This document shows positions 30,926 through 43,012 of a DNA stretch of 57,596 nucleotides, piece by piece; the stretch's first letter is position 1, and every line of letters begins with the position of its first letter. A program made the translations under genes and the position numbers. The stretch is from an uncultured Gallionella sp. GTDB lineage: Bacteria; Pseudomonadota; Gammaproteobacteria; Burkholderiales; Gallionellaceae. The notes beneath the pieces are model-generated. The model was not told the DNA's origin. It made no database searches and saw only the letters and a list, made by a program, of their open reading frames with translations. The stretch spans positions 1-57,596 of the forward strand of contig CAYNYH010000002.1 of assembly GCA_964401425.1 (NCBI GenBank), read 5' to 3'.

Positions 30926-31088
30926 GCGCGAACTTCTCCTGAAATTGAAAGGGGGCTGGCAAGGCCTGCATCAATTCGGTCACCAACAGTTGCGGCTGGC
31001 TCCCTATCGGTTTGTGGCTTCGGCCGCCCCTCCGGGGCTTAACCTGCTATGCAGGTTAGCCTGCGCCGCAAGCCCCGCGCCAAGTCGG

Positions 31089-32915
<1,827 letters not shown>

Positions 32916-32916
32916 A

Positions 32917-34281
32917 TTATTTTTTCTCTTTCGTTGGACGTTTCCATCCGTTGATGGTCGTCTGCTTGCTGCGCGACAGCGTCAATTCACCGTCCGGCAC
33001 GTCCCGGGTAATGGTCGAGCCGGCGCCGATGGTCGCACCCTTGCCCACCCTCACCGGCGCGACCAGTTGCGTAGCCGAGCCGACGAACACATCGTCTTCG
33101 ATGACGGTGCGGTGCTTGTTTGCGCCGTCATAATTGCAGGTGATCGTGCCCGCGCCGACGTTTACGCGGCTGCCTACCGTGGCGTCGCCAATGTAGCTGA
33201 GATGGTTCGCCTTGCTGCCCTGCGCGATTTCGCTGTTCTTGACCTCGACGAAATTGCCGATATGCACCTCGTCGTGCAGTCTGGTGCCGGGACGCAGGCG
33301 CGCATAAGGGCCGATGCGGCAGTTGGCGCCCACCTCGCTGTCGTCTATCAGGCTGTAGGGAGCGATGTGGGTGCCATCGGCGATGCTGGCATTCCGGACA
33401 ATGCTGTAAGCCCCCACCTGCACGTTGCTGCCCAAGGTCACGTCGCCTTCGAAAATGCAGCCGACATCGATCCCGACATCGTGCCCGCAGAACAGCCTGC
33501 CGCGCACGTCGAGGCGCGCCGGATCGGCAAGCGTCACGCCATGCGCCAGCAGGCGGCTCGCCTCGACCTGCTGCCAGGTGCGCTCCAGTGCCGCCAGCTG
33601 CGCTTTGCTGTTGACGCCGTGGATTTCCCATTCGTGCGCGGGCTGCACGGTATGCACCGCGATGCCCTGCTGCACCGCCATGCCGACGATGTCGGTCAGG
33701 TAATATTCGCCCTGCGCGTTGTCGCTCTTCAAGCTGGCCAGCCACTCGCACAGCTTGCCGGTCGGCGCAAGCAGGATGCCGGTATTCACCTCCCTGATTT
33801 CGCGCTGCTCGGGCGTGGCGTCCTTTTCCTCGACGATGCACAGGACATCGCCCTGCGCGTCGCGCACGATGCGCCCGTACCCGGCCGGATTGTCCAGATT
33901 GACCGTCAGCAGCACCAGCCCGCCGCCCGCCTCGCGCATCTGGTGCAGCGTGCTTTGCTGGACGAGCGGCACGTCCCCGTACAGCACCAGTGTGTCGCTG
34001 TCGTCGGCAAGATGCGGCACTGCCTGTTGCACGGCATGGCCGGTGCCGAGCTGCGGCTCCTGGATGACAAATTTCGCATCGTACTGCCGCATCGCCTGCG
34101 GCACGGCATCCCCGCCATGCCCGTACAGCACGCCGACCTGCTGCGGAGGGCGCGTCATTGCGCAATTCCGCACATGCTGCAGCAGCGGCCTGCCTGCCAG
34201 TGCGTGCAATACCTTGGGTTTTTCGGAATACATGCGCGTGCCTTTGCCGGCAGCGAGGACCACGATGTTCAATGCGCTCAT
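32917..34281 (-). CDS. glmU: Bifunctional UDP-GlcNAc pyrophosphorylase/acetyltransferase
   Basis: [30 protein letters not shown]. Confidence 0.97.
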   Translation of the reverse strand: MSALNIVVLAAGKGTRMYSEKPKVLHALAGRPLLQHVRNCAMTRPPQQVGVLYGHGGDAVPQAMRQYDAKFVIQEPQLGTGHAVQQAVPHLADDSDTLVLYGDVPLVQQSTLHQMREAGGGLVLLTVNLDNPAGYGRIVRDAQGDVLCIVEEKDATPEQREIREVNTGILLAPTGKLCEWLASLKSDNAQGEYYLTDIVGMAVQQGIAVHTVQPAHEWEIHGVNSKAQLAALERTWQQVEASRLLAHGVTLADPARLDVRGRLFCGHDVGIDVGCIFEGDVTLGSNVQVGAYSIVRNASIADGTHIAPYSLIDDSEVGANCRIGPYARLRPGTRLHDEVHIGNFVEVKNSEIAQGSKANHLSYIGDATVGSRVNVGAGTITCNYDGANKHRTVIEDDVFVGSATQLVAPVRVGKGATIGAGSTITRDVPDGELTLSRSKQTTINGWKRPTKEKK

Positions 34282-34570
34282 GTTCGGCCTTCTGGATATG
34301 CCGCAGTATAAACAAAAAGAAAGGCCGCAGCCATTGGCAGCCTTGGCATGCCGCTAAGGAATACACGATTTACGGTATCTTGCGCCAGGCAATTTTGCTA
34401 TATAGTAGTCACTGTCGGCATGAGCTTCATGCCAACTGCCATGCATTTGTTTGTCCCGGCACACTGCGCCCGATCTCCTCCAAGCTTCGACAACAGGGGT
34501 AGTCATTGCAGTTCCTGCCGGAATCGTCATCCGGGTAATAGCGCAATACTATTAAAAGGGACGAGCGGCC

Positions 34571-35164
34571 ATGACTGACAATGTGGATCGAAGCAAGCGC
34601 AGGTTGTTGATCGCCGCCACTACCGCGGCGGGCGGGGTTGCGGCAGCAGGTGCCGGTGCGCCATTCGTGCTGAGCCTGATGCCGAGCGAGCGCGCCAAGG
34701 CGGCCGGCGCCCCGGTTGAAGTGGACGTGAGCGGCATCGAGCCCGGCATGATGATCAGCGTCGAGTGGCAGGGCAAACCGGTGTGGATTGTGCGCCGCAC
34801 CCCGGAGATGCTCGATCTGCTGGTCAGACACAATGACAGGCTGGTCGACCCGGATTCGACCGTCCCGCAGCAACCCGAATACTGCAAGAACCCCTACCGC
34901 TCCATCAAACCCGAATACCTTGTGGTGCTCGGTATCTGCACCCACCTAGGCTGCTCCCCAACCTATCGCCCTGAAACTGCCCCCGTCGATTTGGGCAGGG
35001 ACTGGCCGGGCGGCTGGTTCTGCCCCTGCCATGGCTCGCGCTTCGACCTCGCGGCTCGCGTCTATAAGGGGGTACCCGCGCCAACCAACCTGATCGTCCC
35101 GCCGCATAAATACCTCAGCGACGGGCGGCTCCTGATCGGCGACGACAGCAAGGAGGCCGCATGA
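34571..35164 (+). CDS. petA: Cytochrome bc1 Rieske iron-sulfur subunit
   Basis: Tat-like KRR, CTHLGC, CPCHGS. Confidence 0.96.
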   Translation: MTDNVDRSKRRLLIAATTAAGGVAAAGAGAPFVLSLMPSERAKAAGAPVEVDVSGIEPGMMISVEWQGKPVWIVRRTPEMLDLLVRHNDRLVDPDSTVPQQPEYCKNPYRSIKPEYLVVLGICTHLGCSPTYRPETAPVDLGRDWPGGWFCPCHGSRFDLAARVYKGVPAPTNLIVPPHKYLSDGRLLIGDDSKEAA

Positions 35165-36399
35165 TGGGCCTCCTGAAAAAACTGATCGGCTGGATCGACG
35201 ACCGCTTTCCGCTCCTCTCGGCCTACCGGGCGCATGTCTCGGAATACTACGCGCCGAAGAACTTCAACTTCTGGTATCTCTTCGGCTCGCTGGCGCTGCT
35301 GGTGCTGGCGATCCAGATCGTCAGCGGCATCTTCCTCGCCATGAGCTACAAGCCGGATGCGCTATACGCCTTCGCTTCCGTCGAATACATCATGCGCGAT
35401 GTACAATGGGGCTGGCTGCTGCGCTACATCCATTCCACGGGCGCCTCGATGTTCTTCGTGGTGATTTACCTGCATATGTTCCGTGGCCTGATGTACGGCT
35501 CGTACCGCAAGCCGCGCGAATTGCTGTGGATCATCGGCGTAATCATTTACCTCCTGCTGATGGCCGAGGCGTTCATGGGCTATCTGCTGCCCTGGGGACA
35601 GATGTCGTTCTGGGGCGCGCAGGTGATCGTGAACCTGTTTTCCACCGTGCCCTTCATCGGCCCCGATCTGGCGCTGCTGATCCGTGGCGACTATGTGGTT
35701 TCCGATGCCACGCTGAACCGTTTTTTCGCGCTGCATGTCATCGCCATTCCACTGGTGCTGCTGGGGATCGTGGTCGCGCACATTGTGGCATTGCATGAGG
35801 TGGGCTCGAACAACCCGGACGGCATCGAAATCAAGAAGCACAAGGATGCCAACGGCAAGCCGCTGGACAGTGTCGCCTTTCACCCTTATTACACGGTGAA
35901 GGATGGGGCCGGGGCGGTCGGCTTCCTGATCGTCTTCTGCGCCATCATCTTCTTTGCGCCGGAGATGGGCGGCTACTTCCTGGAGGCCAACAATTTCATT
36001 CCGGCCAATCCGATGAAGACGCCCGAGCATATCGCGCCGGTATGGTATTTCACCCCCTATTACGCCATCCTGCGCGCCATGCCGCCGATGTTCGGCTCGC
36101 AGTTTCCGGGCGTCATGGCGATGGGTGTGGCAACGGTGATCTTCTTTTTCCTGCCCTGGCTGGACCGGGGCAAAGTCCGGTCGATCCGCTACCGTGGCCC
36201 GATTTACAAGACTTTCCTGGCAGCGTTCGTGGTCAGTTTCATCGGCCTCGGCTGGCTGGGGCTGATGCCGGCCACGCCGCTGTATACCTGGGTTTCCCGC
36301 GGGCTTGCCGCAGTGTACTTCGCGTTCTTCCTGCTGATGCCCTGGTACACCAGGATCGACAAGACCAGACCCGAGCCGGATCGCGTGACGTTTCCATAA
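35161..36399 (+). CDS. petB: Cytochrome b
   Basis: RYIHSTGAS, LHMFRG, PWGQMSFWG, PVWY. Confidence 0.97.
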   Translation: MMGLLKKLIGWIDDRFPLLSAYRAHVSEYYAPKNFNFWYLFGSLALLVLAIQIVSGIFLAMSYKPDALYAFASVEYIMRDVQWGWLLRYIHSTGASMFFVVIYLHMFRGLMYGSYRKPRELLWIIGVIIYLLLMAEAFMGYLLPWGQMSFWGAQVIVNLFSTVPFIGPDLALLIRGDYVVSDATLNRFFALHVIAIPLVLLGIVVAHIVALHEVGSNNPDGIEIKKHKDANGKPLDSVAFHPYYTVKDGAGAVGFLIVFCAIIFFAPEMGGYFLEANNFIPANPMKTPEHIAPVWYFTPYYAILRAMPPMFGSQFPGVMAMGVATVIFFFLPWLDRGKVRSIRYRGPIYKTFLAAFVVSFIGLGWLGLMPATPLYTWVSRGLAAVYFAFFLLMPWYTRIDKTRPEPDRVTFP

Positions 36400-36422
36400 A
36401 ACGACAACGGGAGACCATCAAC

Positions 36423-37139
36423 ATGAAGGCCATCGGAAGATTATGGGTGTTGTGGCTACTTTCATTGCCAGCCATGTCCGGCGCAGCCAACCTTCACCTG
36501 GACAGGGCGCCGGTCGACCTGAAAGACCGGGTTTCGCTGCAGCGCGGCGCAAAACTGTTCACCCTGTATTGCCTGAGCTGCCACAGCGCTGCCTACATGC
36601 GCTACAACCGGCTGAAGGACATCGGCATGAGTGAAGAGCAGATCAAGAAGGAACTGCCCGAGGGGGACAAACTCGGCTCGACCATGCAGGCTTCCATGAG
36701 CAAGGAAGCCGCCAGGCAGGTGTATGGCGTTGCCCCTCCCGATCTCAGCGTGATTTCCCGTTCGCGCGGGCCTGACTGGATCTACACCTACCTGCGCAGC
36801 TTCTATGTGGACAGCAGCCGCCCGAGCGGCTGGAATAACCTGATCTTTCCGAATGTGGGGATGCCGAACATGCTGGCCGAACTGCAGGGCGAGCAGAAAC
36901 TGATTATCGAGAACCGCGAAGGCCGTGAAACCAGGCGGCTGGTGCTGGGTAAACCCGGCTCGATGAAGCCTGCCGAATACGACGTGGCTATTGCCGATTT
37001 GACCAACTACCTGATGTTCATGGGTGAACCCGTCAAGCTGGTGCGCTATAATCTTGGTCTTATCGTGCTGGGTTTCCTGATCATCCTCTTCGCGCTGATT
37101 TACGCACTGAAGAGAGAAATCTGGAAAGATATCCACTAA
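36423..37139 (+). CDS. petC: Cytochrome c1
   Basis: SLQRGAK, CLSCH, PPDLS, C-terminal TM. Confidence 0.95.
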   Translation: MKAIGRLWVLWLLSLPAMSGAANLHLDRAPVDLKDRVSLQRGAKLFTLYCLSCHSAAYMRYNRLKDIGMSEEQIKKELPEGDKLGSTMQASMSKEAARQVYGVAPPDLSVISRSRGPDWIYTYLRSFYVDSSRPSGWNNLIFPNVGMPNMLAELQGEQKLIIENREGRETRRLVLGKPGSMKPAEYDVAIADLTNYLMFMGEPVKLVRYNLGLIVLGFLIILFALIYALKREIWKDIH

Positions 37140-37200
37140 GTGCTTGAATTTCAGGGGCCGCTTGTGGTAGCTTCCCGGCTGTTTCGTTAAGTGCCATTAC

Positions 37201-37233
37201 GGCGGGACTGGTAGTCTCGCCTTTTGGCTTTTG
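37201..37233 (+). terminator. Probable terminator after petC
   Basis: GGCGGGACT-GGT-AGTCTCGCC followed by TTTTGGCTTTT. Confidence 0.55.
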
Positions 37234-37267
37234 TTTAACGGTTTTTTTCGATGGCAGGCTGTTTTAT

Positions 37268-37864
37268 ATGATGCGACTTTATTCGGGTACCACGTGCCCA
37301 TATTCCCACCGTTGCCGGATCGTGTTGTACGAGAAGGGCATGGATTTTGAAGTGATCGACGTAGACATGATGAACCGCGCCGAAGACATCGCGGTGATCA
37401 ATCCCTACAACAAGGTACCGGTTCTGGTCGAGCGCGACCTGATTCTGTATGAAGCCAACATCATCAACGAATATATTGACGAGCGCTTCCCGCATCCTCA
37501 ACTGATGCCGCCGGATCCCGTCATGCGCGGCCGCGCACGCCTGTTCCTGCACCGCTTCGAGCAGGAGCTGTACAGCCAGGTGGACATCATAGAGCAGGGC
37601 GGAAAAAACGCCGACAAGGCGCGCGCCGTAATTCGCGACAACCTGACCCAGCTTGCGCAAATACTGACCAAGCAGAAATTCCTGCTGGGCGACGAGTTCT
37701 CCATGCTGGACGTGGCGATCGCGCCGTTGCTGTGGCGGCTCGAGCGCTATGGCATCCAGATGGGCAAAGAAGCCGCGCCGCTGATGAAGTATGCCGAGCG
37801 GCTGTTCTCGCGCCAGGGTTTCATCGACGCGCTGACGCCCTCCGAAAGGGCGATGCGCAAGTGA
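37268..37864 (+). CDS. sspA: Stringent starvation protein A
   Basis: GST fold; NPYNKVPVLVERDL, YIDERFPHPQLMP. Confidence 0.95.
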   Translation: MMRLYSGTTCPYSHRCRIVLYEKGMDFEVIDVDMMNRAEDIAVINPYNKVPVLVERDLILYEANIINEYIDERFPHPQLMPPDPVMRGRARLFLHRFEQELYSQVDIIEQGGKNADKARAVIRDNLTQLAQILTKQKFLLGDEFSMLDVAIAPLLWRLERYGIQMGKEAAPLMKYAERLFSRQGFIDALTPSERAMRK

Positions 37865-38256
37865 GCGATTTGTCCACGCGCCCATACCTGATTCGTGCGA
37901 TTTACGAATGGTGCGTGGATAGCGGTTTGACCCCCTACCTGGCGGTTCGCGTCGACGAGCGCACCGAGGTGCCGCAATCCTTCGTCAAGGACGGCGAAAT
38001 TGTGCTGAACCTCAGCGCGAGTGCGGTGCGCAACCTGGAAATGGGCAACGAGATGATTTCCTGCAACGGCCGTTTTGGCGGCGTACCCTTCGACATCATG
38101 GTGCCTGTCGCAGCGGTCATCGGCATATTCGCCAAGGAAAACGGCCAAGGGCTGGTATTCCAGGGCAACGGCCCTGGAAAGCCGCCACCGGCCGCAGCAG
38201 ATGGCGAGGAGGCGCCCAAGCCAAAACCCAAACCCCACTTGAAGATAGTGAAATAG
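37861..38256 (+). CDS. sspB: ClpXP specificity-enhancing factor
   Basis: STRPYLIRAIYEW...KPHLKIVK; GTG overlaps the sspA stop. Confidence 0.94.
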   Translation: MSDLSTRPYLIRAIYEWCVDSGLTPYLAVRVDERTEVPQSFVKDGEIVLNLSASAVRNLEMGNEMISCNGRFGGVPFDIMVPVAAVIGIFAKENGQGLVFQGNGPGKPPPAAADGEEAPKPKPKPHLKIVK

Positions 38257-38279
38257 CCTCGCCTTAGGCACAGTCAAAC

Positions 38280-38307
38280 AAAAAGCCGCAGCAAGCTGCG
38301 GCTTTTT
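38280..38307. terminator. Bidirectional terminator between sspB and rpoH
   Basis: AAAAAGCCGCAGC-AA-GCTGCGGCTTTTT. Confidence 0.9.
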
Positions 38308-38323
38308 ATTAGGTGATCAACCG

Positions 38324-39178
38324 TTAAGCGGCGGCCAGTGCTGCGTGCATTTTGCTCAGCGCCTTCTGCTCGATCTGGCGGATGCGTTCGGCGGAAACGT
38401 TGAACTCGGCCGCCAATTCGTGCAGGGTTGCGGCATCCCCTTCGCGCAGCCAGCGCGCCTCGACGATACGGCGGCTGCGTTCATCCAGGCCGGACAGGGC
38501 ATTCGCCAGACCGGACGTTTGCAGGCGCTCACGCTCAGCCGTTTCCAGGATATGTGACGGCTCGTGTTCCTCGCCGTCGGCCAGATAGTGGATCGGCGCA
38601 TAGCTTTCCTCGTCATCCCCGCTGCCCGGTTCCAGAGCGACTTCCTGTCCGGCGAAACGCGACTCCATCTCCGTCACATCCCGCTCGCTGACATTGAGCT
38701 GCTGCGCAATTTCGCTGACCTGCTGCGGCTTGAGCGGCGCAAGGCCCTGCTTCATGCTGCGCAGATTGAAAAACAGCTTGCGTTGCGCCTTGGTGGTGGC
38801 GATCTTCACCAGCCGCCAGTTGCGCACGATGAACTCCTGGATTTCGGCGCGTATCCAGTGCAGCGCAAACGATACCAGACGCACCCTGCGCTCCGGGTCG
38901 TAGCGTTTCACCGCCTTCATCAAACCGATGTTGCCCTCCTGAATCAGGTCGGCCTGCGGCAAGCCGTAACCGGCATAGCCGCGCGCCACGCTGACTACCA
39001 CGCGCAAGTGGGAAAGCACCAGACTGCGCGCGGCATCCAAGTCATTTTCAGTCCTGAAGCGCGTCGCCAAATCATGCTCTTCCTCCTCGGACAACAGGGG
39101 GAAGCGGTTCACGGCTTGTATGTAGCCTTCCAGGCTGCCAACCGCGGACGGCACGGGCAAACTCATAATGGCATTCAT
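38324..39178 (-). CDS. rpoH: Heat-shock sigma factor sigma32
   Basis: RpoH box QRKLFFNLR; DLIQEGNIGLMKAV. Confidence 0.97.
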   Translation of the reverse strand: MNAIMSLPVPSAVGSLEGYIQAVNRFPLLSEEEEHDLATRFRTENDLDAARSLVLSHLRVVVSVARGYAGYGLPQADLIQEGNIGLMKAVKRYDPERRVRLVSFALHWIRAEIQEFIVRNWRLVKIATTKAQRKLFFNLRSMKQGLAPLKPQQVSEIAQQLNVSERDVTEMESRFAGQEVALEPGSGDDEESYAPIHYLADGEEHEPSHILETAERERLQTSGLANALSGLDERSRRIVEARWLREGDAATLHELAAEFNVSAERIRQIEQKALSKMHAALAAA

Positions 39179-39202
39179 GGGGTCTCCTCCTTGGTTCGAA
39201 TA

Positions 39203-39229
39203 CTAGCACTCATGTGTTGAGAGTGCCAA
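39203..39229 (-). promoter_or_regulatory. CIRCE (HrcA operator) upstream of rpoH
   Basis: TTGGCACTC-N9-GAGTGCTAG vs consensus TTAGCACTC-N9-GAGTGCTAA. Confidence 0.88.
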
Positions 39230-39289
39230 GAGGGGGAAACGGTTCGAATCGGTACGGCGATCCAGAGGCCTGGGCTCCCCCGCGGCAGA

Positions 39290-39835
39290 TCAGGCGAACA
39301 GTTCCGCCTCGGCAAGCAGCTTACCTTGTGCATCCTTGGCGGAAATAGCGGGAGCCACCTCAAGCCGCCAATCGATTGCCAGCGCGGGATCGTCCCAGCG
39401 GATGCAGCGTTCGTGTTCCGGGCACCAGTAATCCGTGGTCTTGTACAGGAATTCCGCCGCATCCGAAAGCACAACGAAGCCATGAGCGAAACCCTCCGGT
39501 ATCCAGAACATGCGCTTGTTGCCGGCGGACAGCTCCACTGCGACATGCCGCCCGAAAGTCGGCGAACTGCGGCGGATATCCACCGCGACATCGAGCACCG
39601 TGCCTTGCACCACGCGCACCAGTTTGCCTTGCGGGCGTTGTATCTGGTAGTGCAGGCCGCGCAGCACGTTTTGGGCCGAGCGCGAATGGTTGTCCTGCAC
39701 AAAATCCGCATCGCGGCCCGTCAGTACGGCAAATTTGCGCCGGTTGAAGCTTTCGAAGAAGAAGCCGCGCTCGTCGCCAAATACTTCGGGCTCGATGATC
39801 AGCAGATCGGGAAGGGCAGTCTGAATGGCTTTCAC
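39290..39835 (-). CDS. rfbC: dTDP-4-dehydrorhamnose 3,5-epimerase
   Basis: GDERGFF, QDNHS, LRGLHYQ, GFAHGF. Confidence 0.96.
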   Translation of the reverse strand: MKAIQTALPDLLIIEPEVFGDERGFFFESFNRRKFAVLTGRDADFVQDNHSRSAQNVLRGLHYQIQRPQGKLVRVVQGTVLDVAVDIRRSSPTFGRHVAVELSAGNKRMFWIPEGFAHGFVVLSDAAEFLYKTTDYWCPEHERCIRWDDPALAIDWRLEVAPAISAKDAQGKLLAEAELFA

Positions 39836-40740
39836 GGTTTGAATTGCTTTCCTTGGGGCAGGTCCTTCTCCTTGAGCACCTGCATCAGATAATTGCCATA
39901 ACCGCTCTTCAGCAGCGGGGCGGCAAGCCTTTCCAGTTGTGCAGCATCGATAAACCCCTGACGAAAGGCGATCTCTTCCGGGCAGGCAATCTTCAGCCCC
40001 TGGCGGTGCTCGATGGTCTGGATGAACTGGCTGGCCTCAAGCAGCGATTCATGCGTGCCGGTATCCAGCCATGCATAGCCGCGCCCCATGATTTCGACGG
40101 ACAAGCTGCCGCGCTCCAGGTAGATGCGGTTTACATCGGTGATTTCCAGCTCGCCGCGCGCGGAAGGCTTGAGGCCGGCGGCAATATCCACGATTTCGTT
40201 GTCATAGAAATACAGGCCGGTGACCGCATAATTGGACTTGGGTTGCGCCGGTTTTTCTTCCAGCGAAACGGCACGCCCGCTGCCATCAAACTCCACTACC
40301 CCATAGCGTTCCGGGTCGCGCACATGGTAGGCGAACACCGTTGCGCCGTTGTTTTGCTGCATCGCCCTCTTCAGCTGTTCATACAGAGAATGCCCGTAGA
40401 AAATATTGTCGCCCAGCACCAGCGCACAAGAATGTTTACCTATAAATTCCCGCCCGATGATGAAGGCCTGCGCCAGCCCGTCCGGCGATGGTTGTACGGC
40501 ATACTGCAGATTAAGCCCCCACCCGCTGCCATCACCCAGCAATTGCTCGAAACGAGGCGTGTCCTGCGGCGTGGAGATAATCAAAATGTCGCGTATCCCG
40601 GCCATCATTAGCGTGGACAGCGGGTAGTAAATCATCGGCTTGTCGTAGATCGGCAGGAGCTGCTTGGATACCGCCATGGTGACGGGATGCAGGCGTGTGC
40701 CGGAGCCGCCTGCGAGAATGATCCCTTTGCGATTGTTCAT
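39832..40740 (-). CDS. rfbA: Glucose-1-phosphate thymidylyltransferase
   Basis: [29 protein letters not shown]. Confidence 0.97.
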   Translation of the reverse strand: MNNRKGIILAGGSGTRLHPVTMAVSKQLLPIYDKPMIYYPLSTLMMAGIRDILIISTPQDTPRFEQLLGDGSGWGLNLQYAVQPSPDGLAQAFIIGREFIGKHSCALVLGDNIFYGHSLYEQLKRAMQQNNGATVFAYHVRDPERYGVVEFDGSGRAVSLEEKPAQPKSNYAVTGLYFYDNEIVDIAAGLKPSARGELEITDVNRIYLERGSLSVEIMGRGYAWLDTGTHESLLEASQFIQTIEHRQGLKIACPEEIAFRQGFIDAAQLERLAAPLLKSGYGNYLMQVLKEKDLPQGKQFKP

Positions 40741-40742
40741 GG

Positions 40743-41639
40743 TTATTTTTCCAAAATTTCGGTAAGCATCCTGGTGAGGCCATCCTGCCAATACGGCATG
40801 TTCAACCTGAAAGTCTGTTGCAGTTTATTGGTGTCCATTCGCGAGTTTTGCGGCCGCCTCGCCGGCGTAGGAAAGGCGCTGGTGGGCACGGCCTGGATGG
40901 CATCCGGCGCGACCTTGAGCGGAATACCTGCATGCCGTGCGTAGTCGATGACGAAGCCGGCGTAACCATGCCACGAGGTCTCGCCTGCTGCAACCAGGTG
41001 ATAAAGTCCAGCCAATTCCGGTCGCTGCTGCGCGGCGCGGATGGCATGGGCGGTCACATCGGCCAGCAGGTCCGCACCGGTGGGTGCGCCGAACTGGTCG
41101 TCGATCACCCTGAGGCTGTCGCGCTCCTGCGCCAGGCGCAGCATGGTCCTGGCAAAATTGCCGCCGCGCGCGCCATACACCCAGCTGGTGCGGAAAATCA
41201 GGTGCCGGCAGCCGGCCTGAGCAACAAGCTGCTCGCCCTCCAGCTTGGTCGCGCCGTACACACTGAGCGGCGCAGTGGCGTCAGTTTCCCGCCAAGGGCG
41301 GTCGCCGCTGCCGTCGAACACATAGTCGGTAGAGTAATGGATCAGCCAGGCGTTGCCGCGTTTGGCTTCCTGCGCCAGTACGCCGGGAGCCAGCGCGTTG
41401 ACAGCGCGGACAAGCTCCGGTTCGCTCTCGGCCTTGTCCACCGACGTATGGGCGGCGGCGTTGACGATCACGTCCGGCGCGACGGCGCGGATCGTCCGGA
41501 CGAGGCCATCCAGATCGGTGAAATCGCCGCACCGTTCCGGGCTGTTGGCATCCAGCGCGATGAGTTCGCCAAGCGGCGCGAGGCTGCGCTGCAATTCCCA
41601 GCCGACCTGGCCGTTCTTGCCGAACAGGAGGATTTTCAT
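40743..41639 (-). CDS. rfbD: dTDP-4-dehydrorhamnose reductase
   Basis: [20 protein letters not shown]. Confidence 0.96.
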   Translation of the reverse strand: MKILLFGKNGQVGWELQRSLAPLGELIALDANSPERCGDFTDLDGLVRTIRAVAPDVIVNAAAHTSVDKAESEPELVRAVNALAPGVLAQEAKRGNAWLIHYSTDYVFDGSGDRPWRETDATAPLSVYGATKLEGEQLVAQAGCRHLIFRTSWVYGARGGNFARTMLRLAQERDSLRVIDDQFGAPTGADLLADVTAHAIRAAQQRPELAGLYHLVAAGETSWHGYAGFVIDYARHAGIPLKVAPDAIQAVPTSAFPTPARRPQNSRMDTNKLQQTFRLNMPYWQDGLTRMLTEILEK

Positions 41640-42703
41640 CAGCTGCGCCCCGCGTAGTTTTTTTCCACCCATTGCCGGTAGCTGCCGGATTGCACGTGTT
41701 CGACCCACTCCCGGTTATCCAGATACCACTGCACTGTCTTGCGGATGCCGGTCTCGAAGGTCTCGGCGGGCTTCCAGCCCAGATCGCGTTCGATCTTGCG
41801 CGCATCGATCGCATAGCGGCGGTCATGGCCGGGGCGGTCGGCGACGAAGGCAATCTGTTCGCGGTAGGACCTGCCGTCCGTGCGCGGGCGCAGGTCGGCA
41901 AGCAGCGCGCAGACGGGATGCACGATGTCGAGGTTGGCCTTTTCGTTCCAGCCGCCGATGTTGTAGACCTCCCCCGTCTTGCCTCTTTCCAGCACACAAC
42001 GGATCGCGGCGCAGTGGTCCCTGACGTAGAGCCAGTCGCGGATTTGCTGGCCGTCGCCGTACACCGGCAGCGGCTTGCCCGCGAGGGCGTTGACGATCAT
42101 CAGCGGGATGAGCTTCTCAGGGAAGTGGTACGGGCCGTAGTTGTTGGAACAATTGGTGGTCAGCACCGGCAAACCGTAGGTGTGATGGTAGGCGCGCACC
42201 AGATGGTCGCTGGCGGCCTTGCTGGCGGAATACGGGCTGTTCGGCTCGTAGCGGTGCGTTTCGCTGAAGGCGGGATCACTCTTGGCGAGCGATCCGTACA
42301 CTTCATCGGTGGAAACATGCAGGAAGCGGAACCCGTCTTTCTCTTCATTCGCCATGCCTGACCAGTAGGCGCGCACCGCCTCGAGCAGGTGGAAGGTGCC
42401 GACGATGTTGGTCTGGATGAAGTCTTCCGGGCCGTGAATGGAGCGATCCACATGGCTTTCCGCGGCGAAGTTGATGACGGCGCGCGGGTGGTGCTGCGCC
42501 AGCAGCCTTGCCACCAGTTCCGTGTCGCCGATATCGCCGCGCACGAAGATGTGGCGCGGGTCGTCCTTGAGGGAGGCGAGGTTTTCCAGGTTGCCCGCAT
42601 AGGTCAGCTTATCCAGGCCGATGACGGTTTCGTCGTGCCGCGCAAACCAGTCCAGCACAAAATTCGCGCCGATAAAACCTGCACTACCTGTAACCAGGAT
42701 CAT
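41639..42703 (-). CDS. rfbB: dTDP-glucose 4,6-dehydratase
   Basis: [30 protein letters not shown]. Confidence 0.97.
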   Translation of the reverse strand: MILVTGSAGFIGANFVLDWFARHDETVIGLDKLTYAGNLENLASLKDDPRHIFVRGDIGDTELVARLLAQHHPRAVINFAAESHVDRSIHGPEDFIQTNIVGTFHLLEAVRAYWSGMANEEKDGFRFLHVSTDEVYGSLAKSDPAFSETHRYEPNSPYSASKAASDHLVRAYHHTYGLPVLTTNCSNNYGPYHFPEKLIPLMIVNALAGKPLPVYGDGQQIRDWLYVRDHCAAIRCVLERGKTGEVYNIGGWNEKANLDIVHPVCALLADLRPRTDGRSYREQIAFVADRPGHDRRYAIDARKIERDLGWKPAETFETGIRKTVQWYLDNREWVEHVQSGSYRQWVEKNYAGRS

Positions 42704-42828
42704 GAGGCCGCCTTCTGAGTAACGAAACTTTCTGCCCGAATTTCAGTGGGGGCTAATGCGCGAAAGCGCGTTATGCCGGAGCTAAAGTTCGCGCCGATAA
42801 AGCCCGCACTGCCGGTTACCAGAATCAA
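42700..42828 (-). pseudogene. Relic second copy of the rfbB N-terminus, forming a 42-aa leader ORF with an inserted GGCTAA-hairpin-GTTA element
   Basis: TTG start with AGGAGG SD; encodes (M)[14 protein letters not shown] identical to RfbB, then diverges; its TGA overlaps the rfbB ATG. Confidence 0.75.
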
Positions 42829-43012
42829 AATACCCCTCCTTGGGATGAGGTGAGCACGCACCAAAAGTAGCGGGATTATATTTGATGCGCCCGGCCATTC
42901 ATATAGGCCGTCAGGTCTCCCGCTCCCCGGAAAACCGGCGGACGTAAGCTGGAGGCGTATAAATGACAAAGCCGGCTTGCGCCGGCCTTATCGTTACATT
43001 CAGCAGCAAAGC

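Noticed and set aside
30960-31050. c-di-GMP-I-like riboswitch upstream of parA (GGCCGAAGCCAC...AGCCAGCCGC)
   Set aside because: Lacks the GNRA tetraloop/receptor and a convincing P1/P3; part of the structure is explained by the GGCTAA element. An Infernal scan would settle it
28837-31088. Tn7 element at the glmS attachment site
   Set aside because: No tns/tniQ genes and no TGT...ACA ends with TnsB repeats seen
42829-42970. JUMPstart/ops element upstream of rfbB
   Set aside because: No GGCGGTAG core found
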